From: the human T2T-CHM13v2.0 reference genome, Homo sapiens
DNA length: 64,000 nucleotides
Strand: one strand, 5' to 3'
Assembly (NCBI RefSeq): GCF_009914755.1
Contig: NC_060933.1
Shown piece after piece: positions 17,339 to 33,215 of this stretch (position 1 is its first letter; each line of letters opens with the position of its first letter). The translations under genes and the position numbers were made by a program. The notes under the pieces were generated by a model. That model was given only the letters and a program-made list of their open reading frames with translations. It ran no database searches and was not told the origin of the DNA.

Positions 17339-18245
17339 TGAGGTAACCACCCAGATTTACAATTAGCAGGAGTCACTCAAGTGCTGAAAAGTCCACTGCA
17401 GAACTGTCCACCAGTATAAATCACTGATGCTCTCAGGCTTCTCTTGGGTCCTTAGGAAACAAATTAATCAGTCAGGGAGCTGTGTTAAAATGTTACCACA
17501 TTAACAGTTTTGAAATGAGAGGCCAAATCTTAAATCCATCCCAGGAGACGGCACAGACGAGTGTCAGCTGCGTCTTGGGTCTGCTCTCACCTTATGGCTC
17601 ATCTACCTGCTGCTTAGTGTGGGATGCTTTAATGAGGCATCTGGAGGCCGGCAGGAGGCCTGGCACTCCATGTGCTGCCAACACCCCAGAATTCAACCAA
17701 CAGTCTACCAGATCAGGAACAAAATAGCTGTCTTCATCCCAATTGTACACATCCTTCAAGGATGGCGAAAGTCCTGCCTTCTGCCTCAAGGCTTCTCGGT
17801 TGAAGCCTTGTAGTCCCTGGTCCTTGGAAGAGAGTAACTTCACCTCTAATGCTGAGTCCAAATATATTTTTTAAGTACAAAGGTAGGAAATTTGGACCTG
17901 AGCGTGCCTAAGTTTCCTTTCGGCAATGCAGTTCCATAGCACTGTGATTTTCTTCTGTTCACACTGCTATGTCCTGATTCTGCAGCACTAGCACGTGTAT
18001 TTGTTTCCATGCCTAACAAAATGGTGAGCTTTTGGGTCCCTGCTACTACTGGAATCCAATACAACGAGAAATCCCCCACTGCACTACATCCCCAAATGAT
18101 TGTGCCTTGTGAAGTAATTCCCAATAGAGGATAGATATGAATATAATAAAATATAGAGCTTTATTTAAAAAAAAGAGAGAGAGAGAGACTCTGGACTTCC
18201 CAGAACCCAAAGGTGATACCTTGTGTTTAAAACTTAGGGATCTCA

Positions 18246-18548
18246 ACCAGGCATGGTGGCTCATGCCTGTAATCCCAGCACTTTAGGAGGCCGAGAGGGG
18301 CCCATCACTTAAGTCCAGGAGTTCAAGACCAGCCTGGGCAACATGGTGAAACCCCATCTCTACTAAAAATGCAAAAATTAGCTGGGCATGGAGGCGCATA
18401 CCTGTAATCCCAGCTACTTAGGAGGCTAAGGCACGAGAATCACTTGAACGCAGGAGGCGGAGGTTGCAGTGAGCCAAGATCATGCTGTTGCTCTCCAGCC
18501 TGGGTGACAAAGGGAAGCTCTGTCTCAAAAAATAATAATAAAATAAAA
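18246..18548 (+). mobile_element. Alu
   Basis: Alu consensus; flanking ...AGGGATCTC direct repeats. Confidence 0.9.
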
Positions 18549-19041
18549 TTCAGGGATCTCTGGGAAAGAAATCGGGTGAACCCAGAGATGAAGGGGACCC
18601 CGGAGCCAAGGAGATGATGTTGGGGTGAGATATCCTGAGCCTTAATATGGATTTGTGGTGATGTGTGAGTTTTGACTAACGTGGGCAGAGGGAGGCGGGA
18701 TGAGTTGATGTGATCTCATGGCAACCAGAGGAACATCAGACAAAAGAATCAGGACAATAGAAATAGAAAGGAAACAGAGCAGACCTGGAAAAAAAGAGAA
18801 TTCAGAATTGATGACAGAAACAGGAGCTGTGTGTAGGAAAATGAAACACGGGACTAAGCCTACGATGGCCGAGAGAAAAGCTGATGCTTTCGTCAAAGAT
18901 ATTTGGGACAAAGAATTTCAACTTGAAACCAAAGTGAGGATTTCCTGGACACCAGAGAAAGCTCTTGCTTTAATAAGGCCTCAGGACTGAAACCTGAGGT
19001 AATTATAGTTAAAAAAAAAAAAAAGGGGGGGATATCACCCC

Positions 19042-19877
19042 AAGGGTTGACTGCTCAGGGATCATGGAGACCTCACAGGACTTGTCAGTGCTGTTCATCT
19101 TGGCCAACCTAACTGTGGTGAAGTTCCGCCTCTCTCAGCACTGCCCTAAAACTCCCTCACACCACATCCCAGATGTTCAGAAATTCTCGATATGTTTGTA
19201 AGCCAGTCGGTTGATGGGGGCAAGGGTGTCAAGGGAAGGCTTGAGAAAGGCAAGCAGGAGTGGAAGGAATGAGTCTAGGAAAAAAGTTTCTTGGAAAAGA
19301 AACTCCTCACCTTCTCATGCCCTTCCTGTGGCTCTGAAAAGTAAACCGAGGCCATCTGAGTTGGGAAGCCCTCCTGGGAGTGTTTCCTGCCTGGGCTCCC
19401 CTCCAGGGGATCCGACTTCACAGTACAGTCAGCCCCCTAGAAAGGGCTTCTGGGTTAATTAGTGGACAGATTGCTTTTGATTTGCTGTTTTCCCTTATTG
19501 CTCTGTATTAGTGTTTAATTATTTAATTTTAAATAACTTTTTAAAATAAATGTTGAAAATTATTTAATTGTAATATTGAAAAGCTTTGTAATCTCTGACC
19601 CCTTGTGTACATACTATTGTGTAGTTTCAATCATAGAATCAAGCATTTTATTTTAGGTAGAAATAAAAATACACCTTTCTCTTTCTTATACCCCAACATA
19701 TGTGTGGGATGAATAACACTGGGATTTAGGCTGAAATACTCTACTTTTACTTTTTATGGCAACTATTAACGACACTTTTTACTGTCAGGTATCAGAATTT
19801 TAAATAGTTCATGAATTCTCAGAGTATCTCAGTGCATAGGCAAAAATGCTGCACCTTTGTGGGCGTGTGTGTGTGTG

Positions 19878-19908
<31 letters not shown>

Positions 19909-20082
19909 ACAGAGGTTCACCTGGGGACAGAGCTGAAATGTCACTCCAGGGTCTGTAGTCTCTGAGCTCCTCTGCCAAAGCACCAGCGCTGAGAGGGAGG
20001 AACTTCACCACAGTTAGGTTGGCCAAGATGAACAACACTGACAAGTCCCGTGAGGTCTCTGATCCCTGAGCGGTCAAACCTT
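19042..20082. repeat. Non-Alu inverted repeat: arms 19042-19143 and 19984-20082, ~840-bp spacer
   Basis: Manual alignment of the left arm to the reverse complement of the right arm gives 6 substitutions and 3 indel nt over ~102 nt, with a 36-nt perfect core. Confidence 0.95.
19865..19908. repeat. (GT)7-TTTT-(GT)13 microsatellite
   Basis: Counted directly. Confidence 0.95.
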
Positions 20083-20917
20083 ATTTCAGTCTCTACACCC
20101 ATTCGGTCAGGATGGGTCTGAATCTTGGTTGACCTTGAGGAGAAGCTGCTAATCTTTTGGGCAATAATGCCCTGAAGAGTCCATCTGCGTGCTGGGGAGC
20201 AGAAGGGACTTCTGCGTGTACCACACTTTGAAGAATGAGCTCAAGCTATGAGTTAGTTTCCTTCCAGGGTAGAGAACTGATGTTTGTGTCTCTGCAGTGA
20301 TGGCTAATATAGGACTCCTGAGTTATGAATTTGAAGGAAGGAAAATTATGGCACCTTTTATGCTAAGGAAGGAATAATAAAATGGTTTCTGCATACTTCT
20401 CACTGTGGCCATGTTTACAAGCAAGAAGACGCTGTGCTTTCAGATCCCACAGATACCTCTCCATCTCATTTTAACAGGGTTATAAATTAATGCAAAACAG
20501 ACACGTTCATGTATCCAGATCATGTCATCCAAGAATTACATTACAACATGGGTGGAGAGTTGGCAGTGCTCACCCAATTTTGACATTCTTGAGCCCTGAG
20601 GGTGAGAGTGAGTGTTTATAGGAGCTTATAGAAACTTCTATGACATCCTTAGTTTAAAAAAAAAAAACTAAACTAAACTTCCTGTGTGCATGCAAAGGAC
20701 ATTTTATGACCAAAGCTGGAAATCATTCTTTATTTTTAATACTGAGGAGAGTATCTTTTATTATTATAAGACCCTGTGTGTTTTTTTATTAAACTATAAA
20801 TTTAACCAATTTTATGAGAGACATCAAGGTATTAAATTCTTTTCAGATCGTTCCCGTTGCATAAGTCACCAACTGTTTACAGTATTCTGAGTTATTCAGT
20901 GGTATAAATTTACAGCA

Positions 20918-21710
20918 ATTTATTTTATTTTATTTTATTTTTGATATGGAGTTTTGCTCTTGTTGCCCAGGCTGGAGTTCAATGGTGCGATCTCAGCTCA
21001 CCACAACCTCCGCCTCCCAGGTTCAAGCAATACTCCTCCAAGTAGCTGGGATTACAGGCATGCGCCACCACACGCGGCTAATTTTGTATTTTTAGTAGAG
21101 ACGGGGTTTCTCCATGTTGGTCAGGCTGGTCTCGAACTCCTCCCGACCTCAGGTGATCCGCCTGCCTCGGCCTCCCAAAGTGCTGGGATTACAGGCATGA
21201 GCCACCACACCCGGACTTTACAGACAATTTTTAATGGGATCTTGTGGTTGAAACAGAACTTCATAGTCATCTGGCCCAAGCTACCCACAAGTGCCCAAGT
21301 CCTCTCTACTGTGCCTTCTGGGTGCTGGGTCAGGATAAACAGTTTCTGCCTCAGCTCTCCTGGGGCTGATCCCTAAGTGACAGCAACTGCTCCTTCTTTA
21401 GTGACCACTCATTTCTTTCTTTTTTTTTTTCTTTAGAGACAGGGTCTCTCTCCGTCACCCAGGCTGGAATGCAGCGGTGTGATCATAGCTCACTATAGCC
21501 TCAAACTCCTGGGCTTAAGCAATCCTCCCACCTTAGCCTCCTGAGTAGCTGGGACCACAGGCACATGCCACCACACCCAGCTAATTATTTTATTTTATTT
21601 TTTATTTTTGTAGAGACAGGGTCTCACTATGTGGCCAAGGCTGTTCTTGAACTCCTGGGCTCAGCCCCACAAAGTGCTGGGATTATAGACGTGACCCATC
21701 ATACCCAGCC
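20918..21710 (-). mobile_element. Two antisense Alus (~20918-21213 AluS; ~21410-21710 AluJ)
   Basis: Alu consensus. Confidence 0.85.
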
Positions 21711-23115
21711 CACTCATTTTTTTTACTCCGGTTAAAAAGCACTTCTAGCTTGAGAAAAAACTGGCTTCCATGCAGTTGTCCTGGGTTCTGGCTTCTGGGA
21801 TCATTCTCAACCACTGAGTCTCAGCAGATGGCATGCTGGGCCCTTGTATCTAGGGAGGGCTTGCGTCATGTACACATGACATGTGCTGGGGGAGGACATA
21901 AATTTCAGGATCCTTAATGAAGAAAGAGTGGAGGGGGTGCAGCTTTACAACTCTACGCCCTTCACACATTCTGAGATTCCACTCACCTCCCGACCCCAGG
22001 ATCACAGCATCTGTGCCACTATTGCTGGTGACAGTGTCACATCTTTCAGCAATACCGGGACTAAACTAATACCTAAGCCTTTCTTCCCTGAGGCTAGTCT
22101 TCAGAGACTCAAAGACAACTATTATGCCCTGTCTCTACCTCTCCTATTTTCTAGACCAAAAAGCCCAGGCCTTTAGCCATTCCCCTGGGGTCCTGGCTCC
22201 AGGGCCCTTCACTGGTGGATCTCCTCAGGCATCACTCAGGTGATGTACACTGTCCCTCTCAGAGTCTGGCACTGGAAGTGAGACACAGAACTCCAGTGTG
22301 ATCTATAGAACGAGGAAAGCAAAACTATCACCTCTTTTTGTTTTTATTCTGCTTTGTTTTTTAAGAACGCAGGACTTCTAAATCTAATCAGTAGGACCTC
22401 ATCATTTTATGTGGGTTGTTTTGTATGTCACTGGTTTTGTGAGAGACCTGCACCATACATCAAAGTTATCAGACTGAGGCTGAATGAAATCCACCAGTCC
22501 ACCTTAAAGACAGCTATCCTGGGAATGTGGGCAACGTCCCACTTGCCCACTGCTATAGCTTATAGCACCTTACACTCACCTCTTCCTACAGATTATTTTT
22601 GAGTAACAGCGTGACCATGTTGTGCATTTAGCCAAGCAAACCTTTCTAGCTTAGGTGAATGAGAGGGAGCGGCCAACGTATAAAACAAAATAGTAAGTTC
22701 ATAAAAATTACAGTGCACAATAGGCTCAGATAAAATATTAATTGTTAAACAGAATTCCCTGTATGTGACATGTTCTCTTTCCTAATAATTTTCAGTTATT
22801 TCAAACTTTTTACTCAAGTTTTTTCAAGCCTCCAATTAAAGGTGCTGAGCTGCACCAGTCTCTGTGACCCCCAGCTCCAACCTTCTTCACTACAATTTTG
22901 GGGGTACTAGCACATGCCAGGTACAGTACTCAATTATAAATATATGATTTGTGTATATCGTGTGTGTGTAAAACACTTCATTTTCCCCATGGAAAAATTT
23001 ATCCCTCACCACCACCCTATAAAGTAGAGTTTGTTACCTCCACTTTATAGATGAAACAACAAGGTTCCAAGAAGATGTTGCATAATATTCTACAGATGAA
23101 ATAATTAGGAAATCA

Positions 23116-23445
<330 letters not shown>

Positions 23446-23986
23446 CTAAAGGCTGAATATAATATTGCTTTCCCCACATATATCATAGTGCTGCTGTCAC
23501 AGGTTGAGTTAGCTGGCTCTGATTTTAAATAGCTACCATTTAAATAGCTACCATTTGCTGAACATATTGTTACCACCCAGCCACAGTGATATTGTTTGGA
23601 AAAAAACATTTACAAGTTCAAGGCCATGTTCAAGTTGTTCTTTTTGGCTTCAGATCTAATATACCACAGCACATCCCCTCATCCCTGTGCACTTGGAGGG
23701 CAGGAGGGTGTCTTAGTCAGTGTTGCTTCCTTCCAAGTCCCGAGCACAGTGCTGTGATGTAGTCAGGACTCAATCTTGATAAACATTGGTGTAATTAACA
23801 GGTTTCAGGTCCACCAAAGAAGTATATGCTATGCTGATCATTGCAGAAGAATCCCAAACATAATGCACCCCATTTTCCAGACACAAGTGATTGGGAGAAA
23901 TAACGAACTTATGTTGCGACTCATGGGGAGAGGTTACAAATTGATGCCAAAATCTAGTCTCACACCTGCTTTTTTGCTCCCCCCAG

Positions 23987-23989
23987 TAA
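23987..23989 (+). CDS. PIP5K1B: PIP5K1B stop codon (TAA), the first 3 nt of the terminal exon
   Basis: Polypyrimidine tract ctgcttttttgctccccccag ends at 23986 and is followed by TAA. Joined to the phase-0 donor at 6795 this gives ...TAT TTA|TAA. Confidence 0.85.
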   Translation, partial: 

Positions 23990-24695
23990 GTGAAAATGGT
24001 GATCACCTAAGCACATGGATGAGACGTGAGCACAGTTATGGCAGAGAAGTTTCTCCGCACCAGAATTATCCACAGCAACTTGGCTGAGCCCCACTACACA
24101 CAGAGAAATCATCAACCTGACTTAAGAGTTTTCAAGATGTCAACTTCAGGCTGATCAGCAGATGGGATGTGAAAAATACTACCCTATTCTATCATTTGCT
24201 GTTGCTTGCTGAACTGTGAAGAACTGCATGAACTATATTTAAGCTGCTTTCTGTACCATTGCCAATCACCTTTTTGGAGTTGGAAGTGCTATTTTCCTAT
24301 GGACTTTTGCATTATTTCATTGTGCATGCATCCAGTGATTATACATAAGCAACATATGTAATCTGCTTATATATTTTTAAAAATCCATCCACACACATGG
24401 TAAATTAAGTATAAATTCTTTTGCAAAATTATAGTTCATGTCATTGAAAGTTTAAATTGGTTTCATTTAAAGATCAATATACTAGGTCTGCCTTCACTTT
24501 ATAGAAAACTAGCTTCTATAAAGATTTTTTCACTGTTTACTAGTGAAATGAGAAAAGCAAAGCTATTTATAAAAGGCCTTATGTCGTGTACATACATTGT
24601 CTTTGAAATATTTGTGATCTAGTTTATTGCTTGTAAAAGAGAAATTATATAATTTATTTAGTAAATACTACTGTAAACTATAGTTTTGTGAGAGA

Positions 24696-24701
24696 AATAA
24701 A
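24696..24701 (+). terminator. PIP5K1B: PIP5K1B polyadenylation signal AATAAA
   Basis: Canonical hexamer with upstream TGTA motifs and a downstream GT-rich tract at about 24717-24727. Confidence 0.78.
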
Positions 24702-26034
24702 ATATTTTGTTCTCAATTGTGGTGGTACATCGATTCCAGTGATTTATGGTCTTTCCATTTCTTCTTTTATTAAAAATAACCCAAATACTCCTCATTTGAG
24801 ATATTCAGAAATCCTAAATAAACTGAATTTCATGATGGATAAAAATGGGAAAAACTTCAATAGCAGCTTCTGCTGAACTCATCCAAAGACTTTCCCAAAT
24901 ATCCTGGTATATTAGTCAGCTTTCACTATGTTATGCTATGGTAACAAACAATCCCAACATCATAGGAGCTTTCACCAACATAGTTTTACGTCTCCCTCAC
25001 ATGTGGGGACCAGCTGCAGCTCTGCTCCAAGAGTCTTCTTCATTCTGGGGTCCAGAGCAGCCCCTATGTGGGACAGGCAACTTTCATGGCAGAGAAAAAG
25101 AGCAATGGTGGAACCAATGAGAGCTCACAAAGCTTCTGTCTCAGTGCAGCTGACAGCATTTCTACTTGCATTCCATCCACCAACATGAGTGACATTGACA
25201 GGTCTGGAGTCAAAGGTGTGGGATGTACACTTCTCACATGGGAATGGACTCAGCAATGAATATTTTAATTAATTAATACAGTTTACACCACCTGGTAAGT
25301 GTCCCTAGCAACAGAGACGTAAGAGGTTGAGAGAAAAATCATTAGAAAGCAAAATGATCAAGGCTGCAGAAAGATATTCCTGATGAGTAAGATGCTCAGT
25401 GTTAAATACTTCGAGTTAAAACAAGCTGATTCTTGTAAGCAAGCATGCTGTAAACTTTTGTAAATGTAGCCCAGAGCCATAGTTACTCAGCATAAGTAGC
25501 AGTTTCACCTGCAGAGTCAGTGCTGGAAAGCTAGGATGTCTTACATCCTAGGTTAGGATGTCAACAGGGAATTCTGCAGAAGTGGATGATTGAGGATCCT
25601 CTGCCTCTCTCTAGTATTCATATGTGCTACCACTCTCCCTTACTACATGGGTTTTCATAGGTGAATCCCACTCTTCCCCCCTCCCATTTGTAAATCTACC
25701 CATTTAAGCAGGGTTCTTAGCCTAGGACCCACTGATTTCTAGAAGAGTCATAGATAAATGTTAATAGGGCCATGAAATCATATACACAAGTTGGGTATGC
25801 TTTTGTGTATATGGGGTGTTTTTTTTTTTCATGAAGAGAAAGACTATACTTTTTATCAAATTCACAGTGACCTGGACCCAAGAAATGTTAAGAACCTTTA
25901 TTTTAAGACCTAACTCAAAAGCCGTTTCAATACCATGAGGCTGTGATCCTCAAAACTCTATCCCCACTTGAATCACCCGTGGCCTGCCTGTGTTGTCTCA
26001 CCTGTCTCAAAAAACCTCAACATTTTCAACCGTT

Positions 26035-26570
<536 letters not shown>

Positions 26571-26599
26571 CTTTTTTAACAAAACTTTATTGGTAATAG

Positions 26600-27638
<1,039 letters not shown>

Positions 27639-28085
27639 TCACAATCTGGCTGAGAATAAAATTAAGGAGTTTCGGGGAAATGCTGCTGTGAAGAAAGACT
27701 TGGGCTTGGAACTCCCACTCTGTCTTTTTGGGGGACAACTCCTCTTTGGCAGGGAGTAGGGCAGCTGCTTTTCTGGCTCCCAAAGCCCAAGGGTGAAGAA
27801 AAGTCTGCTGGGGAAGAAGAGAGTGGAGCTTCCTAAAAGAACTGAGACCTTTGCAAGAGTGATAGAGGATGCCCCTGGGGAGGGGGGAGGGGGAAATCAG
27901 CAGTTCATGGGGGAAGTTCAAACCCCAGAGCCTCCTTCCAAAGTCAGTCGGCTTCCTGGATTTGTTAAAATGGAATGGGGAGACACGGTAAGGTGGGAAG
28001 GGTGGGAGGGGTGGAAGTAGAGGAAGGAGGAAAGGGGACACTGGTGGAACTTAAATAAGATTTTAATTGTTTTTTGTTTTAATTT

Positions 28086-28091
28086 TTTATT
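28086..28091 (-). terminator. PRKACG: Candidate proximal poly(A) signal of PRKACG (AATAAA on minus strand)
   Basis: tttatt on the plus strand, about 490 nt downstream of the stop. It is followed by an A-rich run, so internal priming could mimic its use. Confidence 0.5.
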
Positions 28092-28577
28092 CTAGCAAAC
28101 AGCCCACTGAACATGGCACTAAACCTCTCTCCTTCCCAGGCAGGATTACGCCAAAGGGTAGGTGTGCTTTTCATTCATCCTCTCTTAGTAAGTGGTGCCT
28201 GTTCAGGGCTGGAGTTAAGTTTGAGCCCCTCTTTCCACACCGTGTCCCTTGATACAACAGCAAGACCTGGCCTGAATAGAGCTGAGAAACTCGTTTAAAA
28301 CAGGCAGAAGGGGGCTGGGGCAAGGGGGACCCTGTGGGAGGAGAAAGAGAGAAGCACAGAGGGACCAGGAAGGCATGGGGGGGGGTGAGGGAGCAGCTGG
28401 TGTTTCTGTTCCTCCAAATATCTGGGCTTCCTGCTCCCCCAACCCTGGAGGGTGGGGTGAGGATGAAATTAGATACAAGGAACTCTGGGGCCCTCTGGCT
28501 GTTCAATCCAACCCTCCCATCCCCCAAACCACCAAAAACAAAAAGGAAAGAAAACCCACAGGGGCACAAGCACACCC

Positions 28578-29633
28578 CTAAAACTCAGAAAACTCCTTGG
28601 CACACTTCTCATTGATGGAGATCCGGAGCTCTTCCTCCTCGTAGTCGTCAAAGTTACTGGCATCCCCAGGGCCTGTGTACTTCGGGATGAAGGGAGCTTC
28701 CACCTTCTTCTCATAGATGGCGATCCAGCTGGTTGTGGCGAACCACTTGTGGTTCTTGATGTCGCCAACCCCGTTCCTGAGGTTTCCGAAGCGCTTGGTG
28801 AGGTCCACCTGCAGCAGGCTCCGCAGCAGATGCTTGAGGTCAGAGCTGAGTTTGGAGGGAAACCGCACCCTCCCAGAGACGATCTTCTCGTAGATCTGGA
28901 TGGGCTGGTCGGCGTAGAAGGGTGGGAAGCCCACGGCCATCTCATAGATGAGCACCCCTAGGGCCCACCAGTCCACGGCCTTGTTGTAGCCTTTGCTCAG
29001 GATGATCTCGGGGGCCAGGTACTCTGGGGTCCCGCACAAGGTCCAAGTGCGGCCCTTCACGCGCTTGGCGAAACCGAAGTCCGTCACCTGCAGGTAGCCC
29101 TGCTGGTCGATGAGGAGATTCTCGGGCTTCAGGTCGCGGTGGATGAGGTCGAGCGAGTGTAGGTACTGGACGGCCAGGACGACCTGGGCGGCATAGAAAC
29201 AGGCATGGGGCTCGCTAAACCTTCCGACGCGCTGTAGGCGGGAGAACATCTCCCCACCCGGCACGTACTCCATCACCAGGTACAGGTAGGAGTTGTCCTT
29301 AAAGGAGAACTGGAGCTTGACGAGGAACGGAAAGTCGATCGCCTGCAGGATGCGCTTCTCGTTCAGTATGTGCTCGACCTGCTTCATCTTCACCACCTTC
29401 TGCTTGTTGAGGATCTTCATGGCGTAGTGGCCGCCGGTCTCCTGGTGCCTCACCAGCATCACCCGCCCGAAGGAGCCCATGCCCAGCGTCCTGAGCCGTT
29501 CGAACTGATCCGAGCTGGCGGTGTTTTGAGCGGGGTTTCCCCATCTGTAGAGGAAATCTCCTCTGGCTTTGGCTAGGAACTCGTTCACGCTCTCCTCCTG
29601 CTCGGTGTCCTTCTTGGCGGGGGCGTTGCCCAT
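28578..29633 (-). CDS. PRKACG: cAMP-dependent protein kinase catalytic subunit gamma (intronless retrogene of PRKACA), 351 aa
   Basis: Uninterrupted [11 protein letters not shown]...FSEF with Gly-loop GMGSFG, YAMK lysine, [23 protein letters not shown] and C-terminal FxxF motif. Strong Kozak context gccaccgccATGG. Confidence 0.98.
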
Positions 29634-29663
29634 GGCGGTGGCGGCGGCAGGGGCGGGGGTCTC

Positions 29664-29664
<1 letters not shown>

Positions 29665-29695
<31 letters not shown>

Positions 29696-29703
29696 AGCGG
29701 CGG
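29665..29703. repeat. (CGG)10-CAG-(CGG)2 trinucleotide repeat immediately upstream of the PRKACG ATG
   Basis: Counted directly in the sequence. Confidence 0.95.
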
Positions 29704-29769
29704 AGATGGCGCCCCCTGGGGCTGGCTGCGCTGGCTGCGGCGCTGCGACCTCCGCCCGGCCTCCGCTTA

Positions 29770-31085
<1,316 letters not shown>

Positions 31086-32792
31086 AAACATGCCACAGGA
31101 GTTTATGAGAAGTCAAAGTACATAGATGATGGGCCTTCCATCACTCCCCCAGGCCACCATGTCAGCCGCCCCACACACCCTCCAGAAGACTGCCAGCACT
31201 CAGCCATCACAGGGTGGGTTCTGAGCTGCTCTCCCCAGTCAATTCTGTACAAAGATTCTGTCCTACATCATAAACACTGAGCTACAGGAATACCCATTTA
31301 TCCTCCTATTTTCTCTCCATCTTGCCCTTTAAGTTTGACAGCTAATTCTGCCTACCCACCCTGGCTACACCGCCTGTAGCTAGTGCAAGTAAACAACACC
31401 CTTTCACCTAGCCCTGCAGGCTGAAACCAAGCAAATTGGAGAGGAATCCCTGATTACTTGACTCCAAGTAGAAGGTTTCTATTGTGACTGTGAATTCTTG
31501 CCGCTCAGTTCAGCAGATGTTGGTCAAGCAGGTGTCTATTGTGTGCAAGGCCTGGTTCCGAGTTTACGGTTTAATCTGGGGCCAGTACTTGGGTACTGAC
31601 TGTATATTCAGAGACGGTCAGGTTAGAGAGGAAGAAGAGGAAAGGAGAAAAATCTACTGTTGATCATCTGAACTTCCACAAAAGGGAAACCCACATTCCC
31701 TCAAGAACATAGCAGGGGGGTCAATTGCCCCTTGTGCTTTGGGTCAAGGCAAATCCCTGGCAGATGGAAATTCCACGTCTCCCCCATAATCTCAGTGATT
31801 TCCTCTTCATTTTCATCACAGTAGATCTGCTAAAATTCTGCCCATTTCTGACTTACCTCCAGATTATTCAGTAGAAATTTATACACAAAGAGCAATTAGT
31901 GGGAAGCCATTCTCTTGGACCGACGCCTTGGAAGTGGGACAGTTTGTTTAGAAGCAGGCTGTGCCATTCCATGACAAATTCTTGTGGCATTAATCTCTGA
32001 AGTTCAATTAGGAAGACACAGGGGTCTAGAGGGAACATATGCTGCACACTAGAAATGTCCCCATGCTTCGTTTACAGGTCAGAACATCAAGTATTTATCC
32101 CAGAACAAGCTGCAGAATAATTACATTTGTTATTTCTCTCCACTTTCCGTTCTGCTTTTCTCCATGGCCTTGGGGAGCAAGGGAGTCCTTAGCATGCCAA
32201 GGAAACAGGAATCCTTTTGCATTCAGATAAACCCTTTCAGAAGGAAAAGATTTGTGTAGCAAGATACAATACCTCTGCATGATCTGCTTGGAGCTTGCCT
32301 AGGGGGCCAAATGAAGAGGTGAAAGCCAACTCTGCTTTCCTGTATGCCCAATGAAAGGCAATCAAGCCCATTCTTCTCCCAAAAAACTGCTCACTGGCAG
32401 TCATGCCAGCTGATTCTCCTCTTTACTGTTTATATAGCAGTTTCCAAATGGCTAATTGCATAAGGCTTGGATCATTCAATTCTAACTTCCTCTCTATCTC
32501 CAAAATATTGATGGGAGCAAAGAAAAGAACAAACTCCACCAGGATTCAAACAAGAAATAAACTACAAATCTCTATCACTCAGGGAATTATTTACATAACA
32601 CTGCATGTTCTGGTCCAGAAATACTTATCATACCTGGATTTTGACAAGCCAGCTTCTATTAATAGTTTGTTTTCTCCTTATTAGCAGAATATTGTAAAAG
32701 AACATTTTTGAACATAAAGTTTCTATGTCAGATTTATGATCTATAAAATGCTGATTTAAAAATTGGCGTGGCCTTTGTTATATGAAAGATGA

Positions 32793-33215
<423 letters not shown>

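Larger units (their letters stand above)
23987..24716 (+). other. PIP5K1B: PIP5K1B terminal exon / 3' UTR
   Basis: Repeat-free, AU-rich ~730 nt after a strong acceptor, ending in AATAAA (24696-24701) and a GT-rich downstream element (ttgtggtggt). The cleavage position is approximate. Confidence 0.8.

Noticed and set aside
23524-23553. 15-bp tandem duplication TTTAAATAGCTACCA x2, resembling MEF2/CArG sites
   Set aside because: Does not fit either consensus; likely simple slippage.
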